Positions 9,909 to 21,820 of a DNA stretch of 42,022 bases are shown here, in pieces (within the stretch, counting starts at the first letter, position 1; every line of letters starts with the position of its first letter). The position numbers were made by a program, and so were the translations under genes. The stretch spans positions 1 through 42,022 of the forward strand of contig JBHGNT010000271.1 of NCBI GenBank assembly GCA_043228905.1, in the 5' to 3' direction. Below the pieces are notes generated by a model, which saw only the letters and a program-made list of their open reading frames with translations, did no database searches and was not told where the DNA came from. The DNA comes from Azolla caroliniana. Lineage: Eukaryota > Plantae > Polypodiophyta.

Positions 9909-12900
9909 TTTTTATTTTTATTTTTTCAAATGAAGCTACTTTCCCATTAGTTAGGACGGATTATTACAAAGAGACTGTACAAGGAGGCTTATACACAAAT
10001 CGGGGAATCTCCCTTCGATCAAGTTCAAGAAAATGAGACTACTTACATAGCCTTTCGAACTGACTACTTAATGTAAGTAGATACCTATAGCTAAAAATGG
10101 TGCCCTTCAGTGTTGCCTAGTACGAGCCAACTCCCGGGGCCTACAACGAAGGGAGGGAGGCAGGTGAGTCGTAAACAACTAGCGTGGGGGCTAGTAGTTC
10201 CACCTCGGGCCACTTCCTCATTGTGTCACCATAGGCGTGTTCTGCCATTTCTGCCAAAAGCGCAAACGGGCAGTGACCACGTTGTTGGAATGGTTGTAAA
10301 CCTCGTCCAATTGCCCTCATAGGCAGCTGATAAGCGCAAACGGGCAGTGACCACGTTGTTGGAATGGTTGTAAACCTCGTCCAATTGCCCTCGTAGGCAG
10401 CTGATAAGCGCAAACCATATGTCCATGATCATTTCGTTCGGGGGCTGTACCAGATCTTGAAAGACCTTTAGGCAACAAACTTTCCATACATACCACAGGG
10501 TGAAGCCTACGATTAACATCCAAATTTCCGGGAACCTAGGGGATGCGGGCTGCAAGCCTCTCTCAAAAAGAATCTTGGCAATTTTGCCTCTCGTGGATAC
10601 GTAGCACCAACTATCCGCATTGAAGGCGTCCGTCCACCTATCAACGGAGTGATCAATCCATGCCGCAAGGAGGTGAGTCACTCTATCCTATACCTTTTGA
10701 GCTTAAGGGCAATCCCACAGACAATGTCTCAGAGTCTCAATAGGTGAAAGGCAAAGTGGGCAACCTAACGGGCCGCCACGTTTACCTAGCCATTCACCAA
10801 TGGGAACCATATTATGACCGATTTGCCACCAAAAGAGCTTGATCTTTTCAGGCATGTGGAGACGCCAAAGACCCTTCCAAAAGGTAATGAGCACCTCATC
10901 AGGGATGCCCAATGTTCGCCAGCCATTGCGTAAGGGCCCGTCTAGCTGCAGTTGCAAAGTCCGGCCCAATTTAGTGTTGTACTCGAAGAAATGGCAGAAT
11001 CTGCCATCATGTTTCCACTTGAAATCCCCTGGGTCCCATTATAGTTTGACGAGGGGACGACAACCGTATACCCATAACTTCCAATGGGGTTCCACCTTAG
11101 CAACATCCGGGTCTATTTTCCAGATGTTATCAACTTGCGCCACCACTCGCATTGGGTGCCAAGAGCCCCTACTATGACTCTCCCCAAAAATTGTATCTCT
11201 TCCCGATCCGCTCACACTCGTCAACAACTTAACCATTCCAGCCTCATCAAAGAGACCGAACCATTCTCTCATCTCCCCCATCAAAACCCTATGAACTGCC
11301 TCAATTATCAACCTCCGAATTTGTGGGAGGGAACGGGGCCTCCTAGGCTCCTCCTAAAGCCACTGCGCATCTCCAATAATCTATAGAGTGGAGCCCTGTC
11401 TGCGCCAGCTTTCCGCATGCTAGGCCCTTAAGCTGCCCTGACATCATATTGTCACTTGTTCGCGCCTAAGGGTTCCAAAATAATGGTTTTCTAGACCACT
11501 CGATTAGTGTCTTTGGGGTGTGCTTGACCAAATGATGTCATACGTGACACCATGCCCGCAAGATGGAGTTCGTGACCCATCCTCTGGTTGACAAGCCATC
11601 TTGGGTGGGCCTCCACTCGTGCAACACCAATTCAAGGAGTTAGGCCAAGGCCTACCATACTTGGGAGTCCCTGCTTGCAACCTGTTGTGAAGTAGTACCT
11701 TCCAGCACCCCTTACCTGCAGGTGGCATCGAACCACCATTTTGGCTAGCAATGCTCGACTCTCCATTAAGGGGTCTATGAGGCCAAGCCCCCCTTTGGCC
11801 CACGGTTGCGTTAACCAATGCCATGACAGTCTGGTGGCAACCATTGGGTTGTCCTTATCTAACCATATAAACCCCCTGATGACAACCTTAATTGTGTGCA
11901 AACCTACAGGGTCCATAATCCAGCAGGAGACTGAGTGCCACATGGTGGCGAGCATCACTTGGTTCGCAATAAAAACCCTACCAGTGAAGGATAATTTAGA
12001 TCCGCTCCATTGGTTCAACTTCTTGCTTATTTTGGCTTGCACATGGGACAATTGCGCTCCCTTGGGGATTGCCCTCCCCATTGTAAATCCTAGGTACTTG
12101 AATGTCATCCCATCAAGGACCCATGTAAAATTAGCATGGGGTTGCCATCTTGGTTTCTCTTGTTCGCTGAACCAGAGGCCTTGGGTTTTATCCCAATTGA
12201 CCTTGGCACCAACAGCCTGACAAAAGTCGTCAACAAGATGTTCAGCCTGTTGCAAATTCTCCATCATCACCCTGCAAGAAAAGGACCATATCGTCGGCAT
12301 ATTAAGATAACAGAAGATCTTCAGTCACATTGGGGATGGGCAATCCCCTCAGTCCGTTGATTGGTGTTTGTAAGTAGGCAGAGAAAGCCTCGATTACAAA
12401 TAGATAGAGATATGGGGCTAGGGGACAACCTTGCCACACTGAGCGATGTAGTTGGAAGGCGGGGCCCCTAGCACCAACTACCAGCACGTTATTGGTAGCA
12501 GTCCGATAGAGTGCAGAAGTGCAATTCCTCCATTGTTGGGGCAGGCCCATAGCTCTCATCACACTTTCCAAAAAGGGCCATAATACCCTATTGTAGGCCT
12601 TCTCAAAGTCTAACATCAGAATAGCCGAGCTCGATACGGAGAGATCTGCCAATGCCATAACTTCCCAGAGAAGCAACACATTATCAAAGATACACCTACC
12701 CTTGATAAACCCTATTTGGTTCTCATGTATGATGTCTGGTAAGAAGCTTGCTATCCGCCGAGCTAGGACTTTTGTGAGTATCTTGTATATCATGTTAGGG
12801 ATCGTGATTGGACGCCATTGTCGCAGCTATAGGCTTTGCCCTGCCGATTTAGGGATGAGATAGATCATCCCCTCAGCTAGGCTAGTCGACATCATTCTTG

Positions 12901-14375
12901 AGGTTCAAATCTCCTGAACCCCAGCTTCCAATGACGGGATAACATTTTCCCAATGAATCTCAAAAAGATCTCATGAGAGACCATCGAGGCCGAGGCATGC
13001 TCCTCTCTGCAATTCCCTGAGTGCCTCTGAGAGTTCTAATCGAGAAATGGGGCTATTGAGCACAACTTCCATCTCATGGGTTACCTTGGGGTGAATGCAA
13101 GCCATCACCCTCTCAGCCAGCTCTGTGTTTTGCCGCATATGCATAGGTGCGAGCATGTCGCGATAGTATTGTGTTACCATATGCAGAATCTCATCCTTGT
13201 CCTTTGTTATTAAGTTGTTTGTTTTGTGCAACCCTTGTATATGTCCACCACCATCCTTGGGTGTGCTAGACTGAAAGAAATGTCGGTTGACCTTGTCGTC
13301 TGTTCTAGCTCACCATGCTGCGGTCCTTCGAAATTGCATTCGGTTCTTCTTCAACGTCCTTTCCCGTAGCTTCATCTTCGCTTCCTCCAGCTTAGCTCTA
13401 GACCAATTGCAACCAGGGTCTGCTTGTAGCAACTAGTGCGTTGCCACAACGGACTTCGTAATTTTGTTCCAATGGATCTGACCTGCTGGAGGGCCCGCTT
13501 GGTTTCCTGTTGTAAAAAGGTGGAGGAGAGGGCCAATTTTTTCTGCAAATCCTCACTGGTCGATTCACTTAAAATGGTCTCCCTCCATATACAATGTAGA
13601 CTTGCCTTCACCTCTACATTGTTCATGATCTTTGTGGGGATTTTCACATTGAGACTCCCCTTGCTACCGCGGGGTGGGTTAAGACCTGCCAAGATAGCGA
13701 AGGAGCCCCCCAACTTTTCAAGGGACGAGCTGATGTATATGCGGTCTAGCCGTGCAAGACTACCACCCCTAGCATTCGCAGCAGCTCGGGAGAAGTGTAG
13801 TGAATGTGAGCATCTCCTAAGGGAAGAGCACCATGTATCCTTCATCCCAATTTTGCCAATTAGGAAAGCCCGTGAATCCAACTTCGCACTATGAAGCGGT
13901 CTTTGGGTCCCCCCCTTTCCTATATCCCAGGTGCTCAGTTATGTTGAAATCACCGACCTTTACCCATGCCTCTGCATCAGGCAATGTTGTCGCTAACATC
14001 CTCCAGAAGATTTCTCTCTTGGGTGAAGAGTTAGGGGCATAAATGTTTAGCACCCCAATCTGAAGGCGATTCCATTTCAGAAGCACATATAAGGCTATAC
14101 TCGCCACTAGCGTGCCATGTGATGTTACTTCGTATCGGGCCTTGTCGCTGATCAAGATGCATACCCCTCCTCTTCGGTGGAGGTCACCCTGTGCAGCCGA
14201 CCACCATGTGGGCCACCCACCCGAAAAGGGGTTTACTAGGCTCTAAGCTCTCTCTTGAGAGAGGTGGTGTTCCTGCAAAAGTAATATGGTAATGTTGCCC
14301 CCAATATTAAGGGTCCATTCAACTCCTCCCGAAGTCTTTTGCACTCGTGATGTTGATTATCTTGTGTTACACTCA
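9909..14375 (-). mobile_element. L1-clade LINE, near-complete decayed ORF2 (EN-RT-zinc finger), 5'-truncated
   Basis: EN motifs LLLQEHHL, NIYAPN, GDFN and RLDRIY; RT motifs LDFEKAY and QGCPLAPYLY; zf-RVT-like CPLC..ETLRHCLWDC; A-rich tail at 9909-9927. Many stops and frameshifts. Confidence 0.92.
10258..10415. repeat. 74-bp tandem duplication inside the LINE
   Basis: Two near-identical 74-bp units bounded by AAGCGCAAAC at 10258, 10332 and 10406. Confidence 0.92.
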
Positions 14376-14589
14376 TAGATTGACACATGCGTGATATTCG
14401 CCATATTCTCCACGCGTGATATTCGCAATATTCGAGAATATGAAATGGCACTAAGAATATTATAAAACCATTCATTTTACAAAATAAATATACAAAATAT
14501 TAATTCATTCATTTTTTTATTTAAATAAATCTAATTCACTAAAAAGAGAACAATCATTCATTAATAGATTATAAAAATATGATTAGTAT

Positions 14590-14729
14590 TGTAACATACA
14601 CAAAGTAGACTCCAAAAAGTGTCCTCATTGGACCTCCTTTGTTTCTATTTATAATCGTGTTAGTTACATCTTTAACTTCTTGGTGCTTCACCTAACTAAC
14701 CAAACCCATTCTTGCTCCACTACCTAACA
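14590..14729 (-). repeat. Element A 3' LTR
   Basis: 138/140 identical to 30893-31032; preceded on the minus strand by the purine-rich tract AAAAACGGGGTAG. Confidence 0.93.
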
Positions 14730-14898
14730 CTACCCCGTTTTTGAAAAAGGGTGTTAGGGTTTATCCGACTCTCCCCTCTCTCCCCCTTTTTTGAAAAAGC
14801 AAAAACCCAGGGTTTACAGTGAATGCGGAGACCAAGAGACGGAAACTCTGTTGCATAATCAAAAGGAGCGACCTCATTCCAGTCGAAATTGTGGCTAC

Positions 14899-17064
14899 CT
14901 AATCAGAGGGGAACGACCTCATCCCAACCACAATGTTGGAATCGTCAACAGGAACGACTTCGGGGGCATCTCTAATTTGATCCTCAGTTGACCGCTCGTG
15001 GTCTGCATCCAGGGTAGCTATTGGTACGTGTTTAATGTGGCATATGTGAGCTACCGTCTTTGAAGAATTTGATGTGCATCGCAACCGGTATGTCTGTGGT
15101 CCGATGCGTGCCAAAACCGTGTAGGGTCCTAACCATCTATGCATGAATGATTCACAAAGTACAGTCTTGCGAATCATGTAGTATGCTCGGACTATTTCTC
15201 CTATTTGTAACTCAAGTGGCGTGTGAGAAGCGTCAAAATGCTTTTACTGTCTTTGTTGGGCCATGCGCAGGTTGTGTTGGATTGCACATCGCAATAGCGG
15301 CTGATGCATCTGGAGGTGCAACCACCATTCGGTTGCACCCGCGTGGCGAGGTTGGGCTTTTACGACATGTATGTCTGGCGGCAACCGTGGATCACGATCA
15401 TACAATGCCCGAAAAGGGCTGATGCGAGTAGATTCCTGTACTGAGGTATTGTATGCATGGACAACAAAAGGTAGAACTTGATCCCATGATTGGTGTAATG
15501 GATCCACATATGTTGAGATTACTTGTTTAATTGTTTGATTTAGGTGTTCGGTGAGCCCGTTAGAATGCAGATGATACGACGATGTGAAGATTTGTGCGAT
15601 GCCCAAGCTGTGGCTCAGTATGCGAATAACCTTGCTGTGGAATTGTGATCCTTGGTCTAACAATTGGCGTGGGCAACCATGGGGAAAAATAACTCGTTGA
15701 AGTAGTGACTGGGCGACCGAGTTAGTTGTGGCATTGGATAGGGCAATCGCCTCACACCGGCGGGTTAGGTACTCAATTATTACCAAAATGTATTTATTGC
15801 CATGAATCGATGTAGGGAAAGGGCCCATTAGGTCCCATCCCACTAGCTCGAAGGGCTCGGTGACTTTTATGGGGTGTAATGTCCCATACTATTGTTGAGG
15901 AGCCTTCATTGATTGACACGTTGGGCATGCTTTCAGGAATTGGGAGACGGATTGACGGAGCTTGGGCCAATAATAGAGGGATCGAATGCGATGTAACAAC
16001 TTGCAGAATCCGAAGTGCTCGACGAGTTGACTGCTATGATAGAACTCTAGATAGCTTGGACAAAGAGCTTCTGGTATGTAGACTCGTGGTGGTTGACCTT
16101 GACTTACAAAATGTAAAATATCATTAATAATTATAAAGTTACGATGGATCTGACTTTGCCTACCTCCTTGGATTTGTAGGATTATCTCTTTAATAGTAGG
16201 ATCTTGTTGTTGTAGCTCTGCTATTTGCTGGGGGTGAACAGGGGGCTCATCTTTTTGTATGCTGAGTTGGGAGGCTTGATGCTCAATTCGGGATAAGGAA
16301 TCCGCGACTATATTCGTGATGTCTCGGTGGTAAGTTAGGGTAAATTTGTATTCCTGCAGTGCCAAGGCCCACCTGAGTAGTCGTTCTAGTGGATGACTTT
16401 TGTTGATCAAGGAGAGGAGTGACTAATGGTCTGTCTCGACTTGCACTATGGTAAGTGTGGAATTTATGAAAGGCCCAGACCACTGCCAAGAATTCCTCTT
16501 CATGGTTGAGTAATTTTGTTCTGCGTTTGTGAGTGCCCAGATGATGTAAGCAAGCGGTGGACCACGTAAATTGGGTTCCCTTCTTGAAAATCATTCGAAG
16601 AGGCTATGTAACTGTGGCCAACTGTGGTATAAACCGTAATGAAAAATTCACTAGTCCTAGGAAACTTTGTAATGTTTTGACGTTAGCTAGGGTTGGATAA
16701 TCTGTTATGGCTTTGCTTTTTGCAAGATCCATGCTAATGCAGGTGGTTGAAATGATAAATCCCACAGACATTTCTTTCATTGCAATTGTAGATTATATTT
16801 TTGGATCTGTTGGAGGACCTCTCTCAAGACTAGGGTGTGCCGCTGCCAATCAGAAGTATGGATCAAGATATCATCGAGGTACACCAGCACCACGCCCTCA
16901 TTGATGAGGTCTTGAAAGATTGTATTTGTCATTCTTTGGAACATGCTTCGAACATTGGATAGACCGAATGTCATTCTTTTAAATTGGAATAAACCATGTT
17001 GTGTGCGAAAAGCTATTTTGTGTTTGACGGCAGGGTCTAATGGGATTTGCCAGTACCCCGACGC
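14899..17064 (-). pseudogene. Element A pol, 3' part (RT C-terminus, partial RNase H, integrase)
   Basis: SGYWQIPL..VYLDDILI; LLRWALALQEY; HHCC zinc finger (..CPTCQ); WDLMGPFPTS.HGNKYILV; GPY motif RWLGPY. No chromodomain seen. Confidence 0.9.
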
Positions 17065-17608
17065 TGTCGCGAAGATGCGAGTGCGTGTGTTGCTCGAACG
17101 AGACCACCAGGGTCTTTGACTAGGGAGGACGTTTACCAAGTTATCGAGAAACAATGTTACCCTTGACAAGATCAAAACATTGATGATTATAAGAAGTACA
17201 ATAAGAAGTATCAAAGATGAAAGAAGATGAACAATATAAGTATAATTATAAGAGCTCCCCACAATCAAGCCCAACTAGAGGCTTTTATAGGTCTCTCCAT
17301 GCTTGTGACATGCACAAAACCATGGTTTTGTGTACACAGTTTTGTCTATTTGCTACCTATGGAATATTGAATATGAGAAGAAAATAAACAAAATCTAAAG
17401 CATGTAGTAGTAGTTTTAGTGGTATGATAATTGCCTTTTATCTTAGACATGCAAGGTTCAAATCCTACTTGCAACCCTCAATATGCATTCAATGCCATCA
17501 TGTCCTAGGTTTGTTTATTATTATTTTCATTTTTACAAGTATTTGTGTAATGTGCATGTATCCTCAAATTTTCATTTTTTCTCGTATTAAACACACCACA
17601 TCACAACA
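17065..17608 (-). repeat. Element B 3' LTR
   Basis: Aligns to 21161-21820 with indels; minus-strand TATAAAA near 17289. Confidence 0.9.
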
Positions 17609-17956
17609 TCCACCCCCACCAAACCGCACATCCTCCGGCATGTGCCAAGATGGAAAAGAGTGATGTGGTGGGGCCAAAGGTTGTCAACCTTCGATTTGCT
17701 CCTTTCTTGTGACTTGCCCACGTTGTCTTTGTCCCTCCATTTTGAGCTTGTCCATTCCTTCCAGCCGAACTATCGTCGCCATCCGATCCACCATATTGTT
17801 CGCTTGCACTTCGCAATGCTATGACCGGTTGTCATGGCCCCCTTCGCCCCTCTTGAGCATAACCTTTCAAAATTTGTGTATGTGCCACCTGCATCCTGTT
17901 TATCTCCTTGGTCAAGAAACTTCGATCCTTCATTCTTTCTCGTCCACTGCTTGCCT

Positions 17957-20900
17957 TCACAAGACCTCATTCGAATGTCGATGTTGACTACCCATTGTAG
18001 TCCCTTCAAGCATGCTCATCTTGGGGTCTCTAAGAGACCATATTGCATGCCTCTCTTTCTTCCATTCATTGTGGTAAACTCTCGCGTTTGAGTTGACCAT
18101 CGTACCTTTGAACTTCATGCTAGTTTCCTCCCTCATGTTAGAAGACATGATCACTTCCTGAGGTACACATTTCAAATACTCTTGGCTTGTTTTGCTGTCA
18201 TTGTCCATTGTCGCACTTTCTTTGGCCTCTTTGTTGTGCACATCCGCTTTCATTGTTGTGCTTCGTTTGGTGTCTTCATCGCACACACCGGCTTCATCCT
18301 TCACTTCCTCACAGCCACCTTCCATCTCTTTGGTCTCATGTTGGCTCCTGGACGCAACTGCCAAAGTCTCTGGAACAAGTGTGGAGGAATCCACTCCATG
18401 GTCCTTGCTCGTTCTTGCCATCTTTGGGCCAATGTCATTGTTTGTGTCTATGCTCCCATCATGTGCATCAGCTCTGGCCTTCGCTTCCTCGTCGCCACCT
18501 TCTGTCTCTTGGGTCTCACGTTGATTCTCAGATGCAACTGCCCAAGTCTCTAGAACAAGTGTGGAGGATTCCATACGCCTTTGGTCGATCACCTCCTTGA
18601 TGTCGTTTTTCATGGTTACCTCTTTAATCATGTGGGCCTCACACTCTTTATCCTCTTTGATTATGCAAGCTTCTATTAGGCTTGCTCCTTCACCACCCGA
18701 CGTTTCGAACATGACGCGTGTTCTGAAACATTCTTCCTCCCTTGGACTGGCATTTGCCATCCTCGATTCATTGGTTTCATCCTTCTCTGTTGTTTCTTTC
18801 CAAGATGAGAAGATGATTTGTTCTTCATTTTCTCATGTGGTACCGCCGTACCGAACTTGAGCCTTTGAATCCACCACCCTTAATCTGCATTTGTGGAGAG
18901 GCCTCTTGTTCCTCAACCATCGTTCGCCTCAGTTTTTGTCCCTTTCGAAGTTTCTCTTCAGCCTCAACTTGCGCCTTTAAGTTCTCGAATGCCTCTCAAA
19001 GACTTCTATGTCGAGCATCGTCGAACTTTCCCTCTTCGAGCTTGCTTCCTTCGGTGGTGGCATGTTGCTGCATCTTGTCCTCCTATCGTCCCTCATCGGC
19101 TGTGAAATTGTTGACAAGATTCCTATCCTCCTCTTGTCATGTCGTTGGCATACCCTTTTCACTTCGGCCCAATTTTTAGTGAGGCCGTTCACACCATCGT
19201 CATCCTGGAGTTGGACTCCAGTGGCCGTCCTTTTCTTCCGATCAATCGACTTGACGAACATTAAGACTTTATTCGCCCCCACCAATCCTTGTTCCCGCTT
19301 CGAGAGTTGAGCGAACCGACATTCAAACTCAATGAATGCATGCATACCACTCTGGTGGGTCTTCCTCGATGACACCCATTGGTCAAACTTGTATAGACCT
19401 CGTCCCTTCGACTCTTCATGATCATATGTCTCCCGTAAAGCTTCTTCGAAGGACACCCACGAATCGTGAGCTTTTTGAAGCTCTTTCATATCTTTGTAGA
19501 TTGGTTCCGCCACCACTCAACAAAAGTACTCCAGCCTCATTGCTTCATTCACACAACTTGAATCCATTTCTCTTTGGTCAGTCTCCTTCGACACTTTTGT
19601 CTTGATGTCATCTTTCACATTAGATTGGAACTCCCCCTTGTTGCCACATTCTGTCTCTTGGGTCTTCTGTTGGTTCTCGGACGCAACTGCCCAAGTCTCT
19701 GGAACCAGTGAGGGGAAAGTCTTGTCATTGCCATCATTCACCATCGACTTGTCGATATTTATCTTCGGGTCGATGTTGTGCACACCATCTTGGTCCTTCT
19801 CCTTACTACCACCTTCCATCTCTTGGGTCTCATGTTGGCTCTCTGCAACTGCCCAAGTCTCCGGAACTTGTGTGAAGGAATCCTCGATGTGGCCATCTGC
19901 CATTAATTCTTTCATAGCCACCTCTGACTTGATGTCATTTCTTATGGCTATCTCTTCAATCTCATGGGCCTCATACCCATTGACCTTCTTTATCGAGCAA
20001 GCTTCATTATCCTTCTCTCTTCATCGCATGTATTCGTTTCGACCTTCGGCTCCTCGCCAACACCTTCCGTCTCTTGGGTCTCACGTTGGTTCTTGGATGC
20101 AACTGCCCAAGTCTCTGGAGCATGTGTGGAGAAAATCCGGCCATGGTCGTTGTTGACGCTTGTTTTCTTGTTCATAGTCACCTCCTCGATGTCGTCTTTA
20201 GCGGCTAGATTCTCAATCACACTAGCCTCGCACTCTTTATCTCCATTGATGCAAGCTTCGATTAGGCTTGCTCCTTCATCATCTGATGTTTCGAACACGA
20301 CGTGCGTTCCGAAACATTCATCCTCCCTCGAAGTGGCCTTCTCCGTCCTCGAGTCATCATCAATCTTCTTTTCATGTAGGTAACTTTGTTTAGGCGGCTC
20401 AACTTCTTTAGGTAGTCTAAGTTGATGTTTCTACGCTTGGCCTTACCAAGTCAATGTCATCAAGCCATTGATGACGCCTGTCGAACTTGTTGCATGCTCG
20501 CTTCACCGCAACCTAGTCCGCTACAAGCCCGTTCGCTTGGGTATCATCTTCTAGAAGAGTCCCCAATTCTCGTCTATCCTTCATGTCCACAATTTCAAGA
20601 AGTACAAAGTCTTGTCCTCCTCAAGCAGCACTTGGTCTGTGGCGGGGAGATGACGAAACATTTGGTCGAACTCGTCGTACACCCTCGAAGTGCTCATCCT
20701 CTTATTCTTCTTTTCTATCCACTTCATCAAGGCATGTCGAGTCATCCTTGACAAATCTTCCGTCGCGAACTCCACTAATATTGCTCTTTCAAACTCTGAC
20801 CACATTGTCTTCCTTTCTTGAGGCTCGATGACCCGCCTTTGGATGTTGTTGGCGGCAACTCGCTTGAAACTCGAGATTTGACATGCTTTAGACACGTCCC

Positions 20901-21090
20901 TTTGATTCATCTCCCTTTTGTATACATCGAGGAACTTCGTAATGTTCCTTCCATCAAGTTGACCCTCGACCTCCACAACACGGTTGACGGCCTTCTCCAC
21001 ACTTGCATCGTTGTCCTGAGATCTCATCATTTGCTCGAAGATTATCATCATTCTTTTGAACTCTCCCAGTTGATTGCTTGAGGATGCCAT
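17957..21090 (-). pseudogene. Element B decayed ORF: Gag1 - linker - 3 acidic repeats - Gag2 - linker - 2 acidic repeats
   Basis: Gag1 (21090 to ~20460) and Gag2 (~19516 to 19130) both align by eye with element C Gag (W..FE..L.E.Y; F..WV; EFE.RF..LS; L.FVKS.D; GLT.DW..VKRVC...DKRR). Five copies of ETWAVAS.NQ.ETQE.EGG. Confidence 0.8.
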
Positions 21091-21135
21091 CTCCAAGTAT
21101 TGGTCGATCCTTGTCTTGATCCTTCCTAATGATTC

Positions 21136-21153
21136 TTCACGTCCGGTTGACCA
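21136..21153 (-). other. Element B primer-binding site (tRNA-Trp)
   Basis: TGGTCAACCGGACGTGAA, 16/18 match to the element C PBS. Confidence 0.8.
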
Positions 21154-21160
21154 AGTAAGA

Positions 21161-21820
21161 TGTCGAGGAGATGAACATGCATGTGTCGCTTGAACGGGAC
21201 CACTGGGGTCTTTGACCAGGGAGGACGTTTACCAAGTTATCGAGAAACAATGTTACCCTTGAAAAGATCAAAAGATTGATGATTATAAGAAGTACAATAA
21301 GAAGTATCAAAGATGAAAGACGATGAACAATAGAAGTATATTTATAAGAAGAATTTTATATTGATGATGATGATGACGATGGTGATTATCACCTATTGAG
21401 CCCCCCATAATCAAGCCCAAGTAGAGGCTTTTATAGGTCTCTCCATGCTTGTGACATGCACAAAACCATGGGCTAAAACCATGGTTTTGTGCACACGGTT
21501 TTGCTTGTGACATGCACAAAACCATGGACTTAAAACCATGGTTTTGTGTACACGGTTTTGTCTGTTTGCTATGGAATATTGAATATGAGAAGAAAATAAA
21601 AAAAATCTAAAGCATGTAGTAGTAGCTTTAGTGGTATGATAATTGCCTCTTATCTTAGATGTGCAAGGTTCAAATCCTACTCGCAACCCTCAATATGCAT
21701 TCAATGCCATCATGTCCTAGGTTTGTTTATTATTATTTTCAATTTTACAAGTATTTGTGTAATGTGCATGTATCCTCAAATTTGCACTTTTTCTTGCATT
21801 AAACACACCACATCACGACA
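21161..21820 (-). repeat. Element B 5' LTR
   Basis: Adjacent to the PBS. Contains a duplicated aaaaccatgg palindrome block and a (GAT)n-containing segment absent from the other LTR. Confidence 0.9.
21623..21677 (+). promoter_or_regulatory. tRNA-like Pol III A/B-box module in the element B LTR (second copy at 17411-17465)
   Basis: TAGCTTTAGTGG and GGTTCAAATCC at tRNA-like spacing (32 nt). Confidence 0.55.

Larger units (their letters stand above)
17065..21820 (-). mobile_element. Element B: non-autonomous LTR element with duplicated Gag and no recognisable pol
   Basis: LTRs 17065-17608 and 21161-21820 (TGTCG..CA); perfect 4-bp TSD ACGC at 17061-64 and 21821-24; PBS 21153-21136; PPT GGTGGGGGTGGA next to 17609. 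No RT, RH or INT motifs recognised. Confidence 0.9.

Noticed and set aside
14376-14589. Possible DNA transposon spanning this AT-rich stretch and 31033-31340 (short GATATTCGC and GTCCCT tandem motifs)
   Set aside because: No convincing TIR or TSD found.
17640-18100. Possible pol remnants or env-like ORF at the 3' end of element B
   Set aside because: No catalytic motifs or TM segment recognisable by eye.
18340-20130. Five ~35-bp repeats with long spacers, superficially CRISPR-like
   Set aside because: They encode peptide repeats, are irregularly spaced, lie in a plant retroelement and have no cas genes nearby.
21616-21690. Functional tRNA gene
   Set aside because: No convincing acceptor or anticodon stems; only A/B-box-like motifs.
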